DNA of 64,000 nucleotides from positions 66,836,001-66,900,000 of the forward strand of contig NC_043007.1 in NCBI RefSeq assembly GCF_006345805.1. The letters are read 5' to 3'. How positions within the stretch are numbered: the first letter of the stretch is position 1; each line of letters starts with the position of its first letter. The position numbers and the translations under genes were made by a program. Source of the DNA: Octopus sinensis. Its lineage: Eukaryota. Below, one piece after another: positions 1-11,687 of the stretch. Below the pieces are notes generated by a model, which was given only the letters and a program-made list of their open reading frames with translations, was not told where the DNA came from and made no database searches.

Positions 1-244
1 CCTTGTGGCCAATAAAGTAAAGAACGTCTATATTATTCAACTCGTTCTAGTGTTACGAACTGTTTTGTCCGTATGCTACGCTTACACTAAGGGAGATAAT
101 AACTGAATGGGCTATATATATGTATATGTATGTATATATATATATATATAATATATATATATATATTATATATAATATATATATTATATATATTATATAT
201 ATATATATATTATATATATATATGTATATGTATATATATATAGT

Positions 245-390
245 GACGCATATTTGCCGTTTGAATATGGCTAACCCATAAGGGTGGATGCTACTGTAGT
301 TTGTAGCCCCAGGAAGATATCTCCTCCAGCTGGCTACAGACACACTATCTGTGTCCTCTCAGTATTGTGAAGGGGAGTCATAAGATTTAT
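245..390 (-). mobile_element. Diverged repeat related to the repeated part of the 57991-58447 unit
   Basis: Minus strand ccagctggaggagatatcttcctggggctacaaac...agccatatt resembles 58366-58425 ccagctggaagaagctcttcttggggttaaaaac...agccatatt. Confidence 0.4.
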
Positions 391-405
391 CATTATTATA
401 TATAT

Positions 406-448
<43 letters not shown>

Positions 449-461
449 ATATATATATATA

Positions 462-586
462 TGAATATAGGGAGAATTCACAAAAAAACAAAAGACGCAG
501 ACAGGTGGTGTAGACAACAAATAGATGTATTAGTATAATGCTCGGGAAGTGAAAAAGTTTTTAACGTTTCGAGCCTACGCTCTTCC

Positions 587-590
<4 letters not shown>
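462..590 (-). mobile_element. Short PLE-like repeat (family HH-B), HHR-like motif truncated by microsatellite
   Basis: Homologous to 10430-10595 and 35712-35890; minus strand gaagagcgtaggctcgaaacgttaa. Confidence 0.55.
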
Positions 591-625
<35 letters not shown>

Positions 626-1440
626 AAGAGAGAGAGTGGGGAGGGGGAGAAGGAGAGAAGAGAGTACTAAGAGAGAGGAGGAGAAGTTCTCTATTATTCT
701 GCATTTGTATTATCAAATCGCAGAAGCAGTCGAATGTTTAACGTAGTGATACAATGTCATGAAGATTTATAAATTAATGCATTAAAAGATATATAGATAA
801 ATAGTTAAATTAAAGTGAAAGAACCTTAGTTAGCAAATAGCTGCGGATGCTACACTTTTATCTTTTATATGTGCCAGGCCAAAGGCCGTAGCTATGCTGG
901 GGCACCGTAATTGTTCTTATTTTGTTATTTGGTTTAAATATTTATGCGTATTATGAGAGTAGGCAAATACACAAGGGAATGCAGACATAGCTAATTAGCT
1001 AGTTAGCAAGATTGATATCTCAAGATTGTACGGAGATGAATCTATAGATATATCAGCAGATATGCAGACAGAGAGATATTAATAGATATGTAAGTAGATA
1101 TGTAAGTGAACTGAACAGAAATGAAAAGAAGGTCGCGATTGGACAGCAAAAAGCGTAGATTTTTTTGATACATATATGAATAAGTTTTATAACTTTAATT
1201 AATTTGTTATTTCTTTAAACTATAAAGCATATCGTATCTGTCAAACATATAAAAAAAAATGGAAAATAAGCAATACGTTCTAAGTTCTACTTAGTTATAT
1301 TTCGAAGTACAATTTTGATTAAATGTCAGGATTTCAAAAGAATTTTTATTTTAATTCCTTGCTTGTGTTTAATATAACAATGTTTTCAAATATGCTGACT
1401 TACACAGTGGAATTTCCACAGGTCCTGCTAGTAAAAGATT

Positions 1441-1519
<79 letters not shown>

Positions 1520-1553
1520 GTTGTTGTTGTTGTTGTTATTATTGTTATTATTA

Positions 1554-1637
<84 letters not shown>

Positions 1638-1638
<1 letters not shown>

Positions 1639-2001
1639 TTGCCTCCGCCTTTGCCAAGGCGGAGGTATGTTTTCAGTTGTGTTTGTTTGTCCGAGGACAA
1701 GATATCTCAAGAACCGCTTGATGGATTCGAATGAAACTTTCAAGGATGTTTGGCATCGTGACTGGCACAAACTGATAAGATTTTGGGATCGATCCAGGGC
1801 CGGACAGGGATTCGGGATTATTTTTCATTATTTTTTAAACTTAATATTTAAGAGTGGTTGGGTTTATCTTTAGTATTCTCGTTTGTGAGAGCAATCGAGA
1901 TTATTTCAGATATTCTCATGTTGAAATTTATCTCTGGCTAATCGTTGAGAGGACGTTGGTGTTGCACTGGCGGTGGTTTGCGCTCTCTGAGTGCACTTGT
2001 T
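1638..2001 (+). mobile_element. Non-autonomous Helentron-type (HINE-like) element
   Basis: 5' cctccgcc...ggcggagg palindrome, subterminal ggcggtgg, 3' gcgctctctgagtgc...tt end, T-rich insertion site; second copy at 42818-43174. Confidence 0.6.
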
Positions 2002-2352
2002 ATGATTGTGTTGGATTGGTAGAAACGTTAGAGCGTCAGATAATTACTGCTTCTTATGTTCTAAATTCCAATTCCACGTCAACTTTGCCTTTCATCAACA
2101 GAGGGACGTTGAAATAAAATACCACTCAAGAACTGAGGTCGGTTTAATTGATTGATCCCACTCCTCAAAATGACTGACCTTGCGCCAAAATTGAAAAAAA
2201 ACATTATCGTCATCATCGTCATTACGGTCATTATCATAATCATAACAACAATGACATTATCATTATCATCATTACCATCAGCAGCAGCAGCAGTAGAATT
2301 ACCATGTTATCAATAATTTCGACAGTACATCCTGATGCATCATTATATTCTC

Positions 2353-2558
2353 ATTTCTTTATTGCCCAGAAGGGGCTAAACACAGAGAGAACAAACAAGG
2401 ACAGACAAACGGATTAAGTCGATTATATCGACCCCACTGCGCAACTGATACTTAATTTATCGACCTCGACGGAATTTGTACTCAGAACGTAACGCCTGAC
2501 GAAATACCGCTAAGCATTTCGCCCGGCGCGCTAACGTTTCTGCTAGCTCGCCGCCTTA
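2353..2558 (-). mobile_element. tRNA-derived SINE family S1 (Tx1-like tail), ~27-bp internal deletion between tcgacc repeats
   Basis: Matches intact copies at 29151 and 29987; head aaggcggcgagct, tail gggcaataaagaaat. Confidence 0.85.
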
Positions 2559-2560
2559 GA

Positions 2561-2724
2561 ATAAACCTCTCGACCGGACGGGGCCCTGGGACGATGGGAT
2601 CCCGGGGCCCGCAATGTGCGTTCGAGGTGTCGATGTTCACTGAGTCCTGCAATTCGCATCAGTTCACGCGGATAGCCGCACTCTTCATCGACGGAAAGGC
2701 CGAGTGATCCCCCGTCCGTTATAT
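2561..2724 (-). pseudogene. 5.8S rRNA: Dispersed, essentially full-length 5.8S rRNA copy (retroposed), fused to a SINE
   Basis: Minus strand has ggatcactcggc, cgtcgatgaaga, gaattgcaggac, gaacatcgac and cgaacgcacattgcgg in 5.8S order; no ITS, 18S or 28S nearby. Confidence 0.9.
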
Positions 2725-2885
2725 TCATTATATTCTCGAGGAGAGTTCTGCATCGGTATCTCTTTTGGTATAGTATTCTGCATGCTGCATCTATTATGCT
2801 TTGTTGTGGATTTTTAATTTGTAAATTCTAATGTTAATTTAATGTTTCGTCCCGTTTGTTTGGCGATTCTTAGGATGATGTTTGT

Positions 2886-3216
2886 GCATCATCGAATATG
2901 TTAATTCTCATTGCCTCGTCGCCGTAAGCTTGATGAAGAGTGCTCAATTTCTCTGTAGCAGACTTCCCAAGTTTAACGCAAAATTTCATGCTGGCGCTTT
3001 GTGCCAACTTCCTGTCCATGACAAAAATTACAAACTACAGCATACACGTGATCGCAAAACCACAAATTTCACAACTTGCGAAGTAAACACAGCGATATCC
3101 CTCGGCACACTGCCTCATGAAGGCCACTGCTAGCTCTCACTGCGCACGCAACCATGTGCTGCCATCAGTTGGCGCGCTACAGAACTAGCCCGGGAACGTT
3201 TTGACACCACCTCGTA
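2886..3216 (-). mobile_element. Mariner 5' end with transposase N-terminus (truncated)
   Basis: TA followed by TIR cgaggtggtgtcaaaacgttcccgg; ATG at 3019 gives MDRKLAQSASMKFCVKLGKSATEKLSTLHQAYGDEAM, typical of mariner N-termini. Confidence 0.75.
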
Positions 3217-3984
3217 TGTATTTTAGTGTTCGTCGGCGGATTGGGTAGAGCAGTCCGGTACACAATAATTTTGTAGCTCAGAACTTCCTTTTATTGAATT
3301 TCATTTTAAAAACGCTCTTTCTCATGTTTGCCGCAAGAAAAATAATAGAATTGTTAACTATTTCATTGTGGAAACTAGACACATCCACCCAAAATTTCGA
3401 TGTGCTTAACTGCGAAAAGCAGTCTTATGAACCAATTTACATATTTTTGAGGAATGCCATGTTTGAGACTATTTTTTGTTGCGATAACTCAAGTTTACCG
3501 AGGCAATGTGACTTGCAAAAATTACCAATTCTATTTTTGGTGCATAATCATAAAATTTAATTTCGCGGTTAAAGGTTAATGAAGCAGAAGTTTATTTTAC
3601 GCATTAGCATCATTAGTCATTTGCCATTAGTCATATTTCTCCTGCCTCATAACACAGTGCTTTGTTCGTACGTTAAACTCGATAAAGGAATTCATGAACA
3701 TGTTTAAACACAGGTATTTTACCTCCGTTAAATATTTTCTTTCTAAGAAAATTTATGACTTCTCTCAACATCCGGAAATCCTAATAAGACTTCCCTGTTA
3801 TCTGCCGCCTCACCCTTTTTTTGTATGCTTGCAACGCCCCCAGGAGGCTAGTTTGAGAACTAATAGTCTAGATGTTCCATGTTGGGTGATTTTTTAAAAA
3901 AAATTATTGCATGGTACTTTTTAGCAAGTTGCAATTTTGGGAGGTTATTAACGCTGCGTAATTATTACAAGCCCAGATGTGGCT

Positions 3985-4130
3985 GCGTGGCCAAGGAGCT
4001 TGCTTCTCAACCGTGCAGTCTTGGGTTCAGTTTCACTGTACAGCACATTGAGCAAGTGTTTCTACTAAGGCTCCGAGCCGACTAAAGCCTTGTAAGTAGA
4101 TCTTGTAGAAGGAAACTGAAAGTAATTTAT
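3985..4130 (+). mobile_element. SINE family S2, head half
   Basis: Degenerate match to 48451-48610. Confidence 0.6.
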
Positions 4131-4187
4131 AGCATAAATATTTGTGTGTGTGCGCTGAATCTGGCCAATTTGACCATAAAACAAGTG

Positions 4188-4675
4188 AAATATTTTGGCC
4201 GGATACGGCAGGTTTAAATAAAAAGTTACCTTCTCGTTTCATTCGACTAATAAGGGCTAATTTCCCGGTTTCCATGGCGTATATATTCCGCCAGTCCATC
4301 GCAGAATCACTTATTTTTACCAGCTGAGTGGACTGGAACGATGTGCAATGTAGTATTTTGCTCAAGAACACAACGCATCGCCTGGTCCAGGAATCGAAAC
4401 CACAATCATGAATTCAAGACCCTAACCACTAAGCCACGCGACTCCACAATGCTAATTCATAGTTTTGCGATTTCGATGATATGATTGTATATTTTTAGAA
4501 TGACATTGTAGGGTAGGTGTGAGAGGCTGAATCTGGCCAGTTTGAACATACACCATGCATTCCAGGTGGGGAATATATACGCCACCAAACCGGGAAACCA
4601 GCCCTCATGAGTCGACATGACTTCAAAAGGTAACTTTTTCTTTATTTAAACTGGCCATATCCGGCCAAAATATTT
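4188..4675. mobile_element. Rearranged composite of S3 SINE and MITE-like pieces with ~100-bp inverted arms
   Basis: 4188-4289 is approximately the reverse complement of 4570-4675. Confidence 0.5.
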
Positions 4676-5119
4676 TACTAAATGCTAAACGGTTAAGCGT
4701 CATTTCGAAACCGAGTCACCGATTCAGACCGTTGGGAGGATCTACGTTTTGATCACTTCTCAGTGATACTAGATTGCACTAATCTAAAAAGCGCAAAGAA
4801 AAAAATATGAAGGTTTGATAGGATACACTGACAGATGCTGTGAGACTTCCGGTTGTCAGTATTAAACCGTGTTAGCCACTGACGCCTCTTAAATGGTATC
4901 ATTGTTCCGTCGTACTAAGGCTGTGGTTAATCTCACATTATAACAAAAGGCTTATTTCAGCTAAACGAAGATTATCTGATTTATGAAAAGCTTACATCTA
5001 CAGCCTAAATACACAAACACACTCTTACATACACTCGCACGCACACACACATACACACAGCAAAAATATATACATATATAACTATTCATGTACATAAAAA
5101 ATATACATACGCGATATTT

Positions 5120-5160
<41 letters not shown>

Positions 5161-5673
5161 CGCGCGCACAGACATACATATACAAAAACATACATACGCG
5201 ATGTTTACATATATATATATACATGCATATATATACATGCATACATACATACATACATACATACATACATACATACATACATACATACATGTGTATGTGC
5301 GCGTGCATGTGTGTATAGTTTTTGAAATGTTTATCCAGATGTAAGTGGGATGTGGAAGCTGAAGCTAATTTTAATGTATTAAAGAGAATTAATTATAAAA
5401 CAAATATTTTTTTCCTCTTGCCACACTTACCGATGTAAATAAATAAAGTGATTTCTGAAAACAAAAGGCTTATTTCAAACATGTCCGTGCAAAAAATAAA
5501 GAAGGAAAAGAAAAACACAGTATAGTAAGAGTTTACAGAATTTTATTTTTATTTTATTTTATCACGAATTAGTCAAGTTTATAAGTTTATCAGCTGTTCC
5601 CCTACATAGAAGTAGGGTCAGCTGTCACGCGCCAAAGCATTTGACATTTTATTTAAATTGCGTTGTTATTATT

Positions 5674-6156
5674 GAGTGAGGGAACAGCACATGCCATCAA
5701 AGTAACACTGGGGTACAAATATACGAAACCCAGTATACCCATCATTACTACCTGTCTGATAAGGGTACACCAGGCACATGCAACACAACCAGATGTACAC
5801 GACATGGTGATCTCATATCAAGATAAACAGCGCATGACCTTGCAGGTGGGGCCCAGTTAGAGATATTTTCATGTTGAGTAGCCCATCCTGAATAAGGTTT
5901 GTTTAAGGATGATAAACGAAACACCCATGTTTCCAGGATGAATTGCTCAAACCCCCAAGAATTCCACTCAACACATGGTTATGATGCTCTCTCACTACTT
6001 CTGCTCGTGTTCAGAGATGCACATATATTGGCATCCACTAAGGGAGATGCTCAACTGATTAAGGTCAAGCAACAGACAAGCAAATCTGTGGTATTGAGCT
6101 GAATATTTGTTGTAGCCCATCTTTTATACAAATGATCAGAGATTCACGTATCGTCA

Positions 6157-6157
<1 letters not shown>
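5674..6157 (-). mobile_element. Non-coding (TAA)n-embedded element (NC-TAA), copy 1 of a tandem triplet
   Basis: Homologous to the full copy at 40735-41308; flanked by tta repeats. Confidence 0.85.
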
Positions 6158-6203
<46 letters not shown>

Positions 6204-6222
6204 TACTACTACTACTATTATT

Positions 6223-6703
6223 GAGTGAGAAAGCAGTGCACTCCATCAAAGTGACACTGGGGTAAAATATACGAAGCCCAGTATACCCATCATGACAACC
6301 TGTCTGATAAGGGTACACAGGCACATGCAACACAACCAGATGTACACGACATGGTGATCTCATATCAAGATAAACAGCGCATGACCTTGCAGGTGGGGCC
6401 CAGTTAGAGATATTTTCATGTTGAGTAGCCCATCCTGAATAAGGTTTGTTTAAGGATGATAAACGAAACACCCATGTTTCCAGGATGAATTGCTCAAACC
6501 CCCAAGAATTCCACTCAACACATGGTTATGATGCTCTCTCACTACTTCTGCTCGTGTTCAGAGATGCACATATATTGGCATCCACTAAGGGAGATGCTCA
6601 ACTGATTAAGGTCAAGCAACAGACAAGCAAATCTGTGGTATTGAGCTGAATATTTGTTGTAGCCCATCTTTTATACAAATGATCAGAGATTCACGTATCG
6701 TCA

Positions 6704-6704
<1 letters not shown>
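6223..6704 (-). mobile_element. NC-TAA copy 2 (hybrid of copies 3 and 1)
   Basis: Left part identical to copy 3, right part identical to copy 1; identical ORF-track peptides at 5899 and 6446. Confidence 0.85.
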
Positions 6705-6762
<58 letters not shown>

Positions 6763-6778
6763 TACTACTACTATTATT

Positions 6779-7237
6779 GAGTGAGAAAGCAGTGCACTCC
6801 ATCAAAGTGACACTGGGGTAAAATATACGAAGCCCAGTATACCCATCATGACAACCTGTCTGATAAGGGTACACCAGACTCATGCATCACAACCATATAT
6901 TCGCGATATGGTGATTTCATATCACAATAAACAGCGCATGACCTTGCAGGTGGGGCCCAGTTAGAATTTTCTTCTGGTCGAGTAGCCCATCCTGCTCAAA
7001 AGGTCCCTAAATAAGGATTGTTTAAGGATGTTGAACCAACCACCATGTTTCTATAGGTGAATTATCCAAACCTCCAAGAATTCCTTTCAACAGACGGCTA
7101 TGATGTTCCCCCACTACTTCTGCTCATAATCAGAGATGTACATATCGTCAGCCACTAAGGGACTTTCTCAACTGGTTATGGTCAAACAACTGACAAGCAA
7201 ATCTGTGGTATTGAGCTGAATATTTGTTGTAGCCCAT
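6779..7237 (-). mobile_element. NC-TAA copy 3
   Basis: Same family, 5'-truncated, flanked by tta repeats. Confidence 0.85.
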
Positions 7238-7275
7238 TATTATTATTATTGTTGTTGTTATTATTATTATTATTA

Positions 7276-7510
7276 CTTTTTTTTTCTTCTTTCAAATTTG
7301 CTTCCATTTCTTGTCGAGTGTCTTCCCGACTCCTAGGGCAAAGAAACTCATAGTATACATTGGTAGGCCATTAAACCAAATTCAATAGTTCGTTCATTAA
7401 AAAAAAAAAAAAAATTTTTTTTTTTTCAAGTTAAATTAAAATACATGAGCAGCAACAGTTCTCACATCGACAATGCTCTTCTCAATACGTGTGATGTACC
7501 AGTTAAGACA

Positions 7511-7512
<2 letters not shown>
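7276..7512 (-). mobile_element. R4/Dong-like retrotransposon extreme 3' end in (TAA)n
   Basis: Minus strand IVLTGTSHVLRRALSM* then 3' UTR and (taa)n; C-terminus resembles that at 23277-23690. Confidence 0.55.
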
Positions 7513-7580
<68 letters not shown>

Positions 7581-7648
7581 ATTATTGCTGTTGTTATTAT
7601 TATTATTATTATCATCATCATCATCATCACCATCATCATCATCATTAT

Positions 7649-7856
7649 TGCCTTTGCACAGCTTCTAGCGCTGGAGATGTACTACAGTGTCAACTGTTCA
7701 CTACCAGTGAACTAAGGTAACACCTCTTATTTTTCGAACACTTTCCAGAGTATTCGAGCGGTTCCAAGCAGTGCTGTTTTCTGCAAGTGCTCCATCCTTA
7801 TTGCAGCCCCTATTTGTTCCACGTACTTCTCAAGGTGTTTGCTCACTGTTCCTGAG
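7649..7856 (-). mobile_element. R4/Dong-like retrotransposon 3' end in (TAA)n
   Basis: Minus strand GTVSKHLEKYVEQIGAAIRMEHLQKTALLGTARILWKVFEK*, the typical C-terminus after the RLE domain. Confidence 0.7.
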
Positions 7857-7867
7857 TATTATTATTA

Positions 7868-7942
<75 letters not shown>

Positions 7943-8599
7943 ATGGCCGCCATACTGGGGAGACTTACTAAGTTGGAGCTCCGTAATTTGTGTTTAATCA
8001 AGCGTTTCGGTTAGTTGCAGCCCGTTCATTCAAAATTTTATGCATTGTTTGAATCGTGGTGGTAACATTTTGTGTAATTGCACCCTCTTTCTTTTTTAGG
8101 TGGGGGGAGTAGTAATTGTTTTGCATTTTTTGTGCAGACAGGATTTTATTCATATTTCCCATTTTAAAAAATGTCGGATTACGAAACAATAATAATAATA
8201 ATCGACCACGAGCAGCATTCTGTTGTAACTGCGAAAACAAACGCAGCCGAAGTGAAATTAATTTCTCGACAAAGAGAAATATAATTTCCTCTTGTTGCTA
8301 CGAAGACAGTAACAAGTGCAAAAGTACCAACAGCAACGATAATGAAGACGACGACTACAGCAGCAGCAACAATGTGAACAGCAGCACCATCACCACCACC
8401 ACCACAAACAGCAAAAACAACAACAATAACAGCAACTGTATCAATAACACCAGCAACAAGATGAACAAGATCGTAAACAAGAAAGTACAAGATTGAAAAC
8501 AACAACGGTGATAACTGTGTGGAAAACAAGAACGACGACGACGACAACACCAATAACAACAACAGCAGCAGCAGCAGCAGCAGCAGCGGCAATAATAAC

Positions 8600-9360
8600 A
8601 CTATGAACAAAACTAATTCCTTTTCTAAAGCTGTTAGCAATTGGACAATTTTTTCAGTGGATGACTTGAAAAATAAGGCACTGAAATACAAGAGTGACAT
8701 TGTGAAACCAGGTGTTATGTGCCTTAATGAGGAGAAAAAAAAACTCCGAGAAAAATACCTCGATGTGTGGCCCTCGGTGCTACACATACAGAAAGGTAAA
8801 CAATATGGGATGGTTGCTGCTATATGCAGCAGTGAGCAAGAAGCTAGAAGAATGGCTACTATAACTTGCACGTCCTTGGCTTTTGTAATGATTCCCCATT
8901 ATATGGGCAAAAGGTTGACTCGAATTCAAGTTAAGAACGTGCCGGTTCACCGTAATCCGGCGAGGGTTTTAGCCATTCTGGGGGAACATGGGAAGATTGT
9001 GGAGATGAAGTCCACTCCACAACTCAATAGGACTGGATTTCGTATGGAGTTCCAGATACTAGTTTCTCCCGATTTTTTCTGTTTCGAGGAATGCGAATAA
9101 ATGCCAGTTTCTATAGAGGTTAAAAATAGAAGTGTTATGTGTGTGGGAATTCGAACTACCTCAAAGCCTTTTACCTCGCGATGAAGAAAGCACGAAACTC
9201 TCCACCGTTACTACCAACTCTTCAAGGTGGGGACAAAACTATTACTTTGCATCTGCCTCCTTCCGACTCAGGCCTCGCAAAATCCAATTCGTCATTGACT
9301 TTGCACCAAAATGCCTTTGTCGGAGATAAAAGAAAGACTGAATATGAACCAAATTGAAGG
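8600..9360 (+). pseudogene. Decayed L1/Tx1-like ORF1 (RRM-like region plus degenerate CCHC knuckle)
   Basis: YMGKRLTRIQVKNVPVHRNPARVLAILGEHGKIVEM; stop at 9100; frameshifted CYVCGNSNYLKAFY at 9133 (Cx2Cx4Hx4C with H and C replaced by Y). Confidence 0.5.
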
Positions 9361-9389
9361 CCATAAGACATTACGGTAAAAAAATAAAA

Positions 9390-10110
9390 TCCGTCACAAC
9401 ACAAATTTAAAAACAAATCAACGTGACATCGAGGAAATTAGTCACTTTGGAGTTGATATCGAAAATGATATCAAGGTTAAAGAAATCCTTACAAAATTTC
9501 CTTAATTTTTTTACCCTATCAGCGGCGGGATTTGACAGTCGTGTGCAATAAATAGGGCATCGTTCCTATATAAAACCCCAGACAGATTAGGGAAGCTACT
9601 TTTTATTTTCTCAAGGAGGTACAAGCCAACAAAATCCGTAATCTGTGCTGAGTCTGATGAGCCCATTGTTATATCGAATAGGCCCGTGGAATCAGCCCTT
9701 ACCCAATTTTGATCATTGTAATTGATCAAGCTCATCCTGGCAGTCAGAATGATATACATATCCGACATAGGGACGTTAGTAAAATTCCCGCCAACGTTAA
9801 TGCTTTGTTAAACAAAATAGGAGAGATCGGCGCATAGTAACTTGAAATATCGAACTGTATAAATCTAGTGGATTGTTTATCCTTCCTGGAATGGAACCAA
9901 AAGATCACATCTCCGGTAGAGTTCCATAAGGGTAATGCAACATTATTCCTAACCGAAGGGACAATTCTGTCAATTATGGATTTGCTGATTCTGCCCAAAT
10001 CAGGTTTTGTGGGGACAAATCATTCTAATAGAAGGTTTCCACTAGAAATCTATTTTGTGGTCCCTAAGGGCACAGTGGGGGATTTTTGGCGAGTATTGTC
10101 AAGATCTAAC
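9390..10110 (-). pseudogene. Penelope-like RT fragment, Naiad/Chlamys-type motifs
   Basis: LRDHK, GRISKSIIDRI, LWNSTGDVIFWF, FIQFDISSYYAPIS, FDITMGSSDSAQITDFVGLYLL, VLYRNDAL; several frameshifts. Confidence 0.7.
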
Positions 10111-10123
10111 ATTCCTGTATGTA

Positions 10124-10161
<38 letters not shown>

Positions 10162-10266
10162 CATATATATATATATATATATATATAATGTATGAATGTA
10201 TGTATGTATGTATGTATATATATATGTATATATGTATGTGTGTATATGTGTGTGGGGGGTGCGTGT

Positions 10267-10650
10267 ATAGGCGTAGGTGTGACTGTGTAATAAGAAGCTT
10301 GCTTCCCAACCACATGCGTGGCACCTTGGGCAATTGTCTTCTACTATAGCCTCGGGCCGACCAAAGTCTTCAGTGGATTTAGTTGATGGAAACTGAAAGA
10401 AGCCCGTTGCGGTGGACCGCTGAAATCTAAAAGTTTATTTTTTTTCATTCTCTCTATTTTCTCTTATTCCTTTCTGTTGAAGAGCGTAGATTCGAACGTA
10501 AAAGACTTTTTCATTTTTCTCGAGCCTCAAATTAATACACTTGCTTGTTGTTCATACACCTGTCCTCGTCTTTTGCTTTTCTATAAATTTCAACTATATA
10601 TATATATCTATATATATATATATATCTATATATATATATATATATATATA

Positions 10651-10719
<69 letters not shown>

Positions 10720-10910
10720 GTGTCTGTGTTTGTCCCTCCCACCATCGCTTGACAACTGATGTTGTTATATTTACTTCCCCGTAACTCGGCGGATCAGGAA
10801 AAGTGACCGATAGAATAAATACTAGGCTTACAAAGAATAAGGTCAATTGTTCGACTAAAATCGATACTCCAGCATGGCCGCAATAAAATGACTGAATCAA
10901 GTAAAATAAC
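10267..10910 (+). mobile_element. SINE S2 interrupted by an HH-B element and (TA)n
   Basis: Head at 10267-10410 and tail at 10720-10910 match 48451-48857. Confidence 0.7.
10430..10595 (+). mobile_element. HH-B short element with decayed HHR-like motif (10470-10504)
   Basis: cttt-ctgttgaa-gagc gtag attc-gaa-c-gta-aaag; homologous to 35712-35890. Confidence 0.55.
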
Positions 10911-10963
10911 AAAAGAAATATATATATGTATATATTATATGTTTCTGTGTGTGTGTGTCTCCC

Positions 10964-11021
<58 letters not shown>

Positions 11022-11059
11022 AGGAATTGAGACATCCCAAATCAAAGAAAAACTTACAA

Positions 11060-11687
11060 CCAAAAGCCTTACCATACATCTCCACACACAACCCTCTCAA
11101 TAACGAAGCCTTCGACACCATCCTCCACAACATACCCCTCCTAAAAAAAGACCACAGAATGAACACAATCCTCCAAACACACACGATCATAAAAAGCAAA
11201 AGACAGCCTAGATCCATGAAAAGTCTCCTAACACAAGCCCGAATTCACTCTTCAACACAGAAGCCGACAGTAAAAAAAATGTGGAAGACCCAATTGCGGG
11301 ATATTCGACTATCTAATTGAGGGATCAGAGTTCTCCTTCAAACAGGGACAACGGTTTACAGTGAAAAGCAACTTCACATGTGCTTCGGAGAACCTAATAT
11401 ACTCACTAACCTGCTCCGGGTGTCAAGAGCAGTACATAGGCCAAACAAAAAATGGTTTGCGTAAACGAATGGCCCTGCACAGATCCCAGATAAATATTCC
11501 CCAAAACAGAAAAATAGCTTTTAGCCAACACATAGATACTTGCGCCAACAAACAAACACCAAACTTCAGGATTTTCCCCCTCTACCAATTTAGGGACGAT
11601 ACAACCTCGAGACAACGAATAAGTAAAGAAAATCTCTTTATTACAAAATACAAGCCACTTCTTAACGGGTCTACGACAAACAATTAA
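11060..11687 (+). pseudogene. PLE RT thumb, linker and GIY-YIG endonuclease, one +1 frameshift in the A8 run at 11272-11279
   Basis: KKCGRPNCG linker after correcting the frameshift; FTCASENLIYSLTCSGCQEQYIGQT...KENLFITKYKPLLN. Confidence 0.85.

Noticed and set aside
2561-2724. Functional rDNA unit
   Set aside because: No ITS, 18S or 28S; bounded by a SINE and a TSD.
7999-8035. Hammerhead-like ttgaatga...ccgaaacgc on minus
   Set aside because: Core has an insertion, helix II is only 2 bp, no helix I.
8519-9100. 193-aa ORF as a host or domesticated gene
   Set aside because: Non-ATG start inside a simple repeat, premature stop, frameshift and a destroyed zinc knuckle fit a decayed LINE ORF1.
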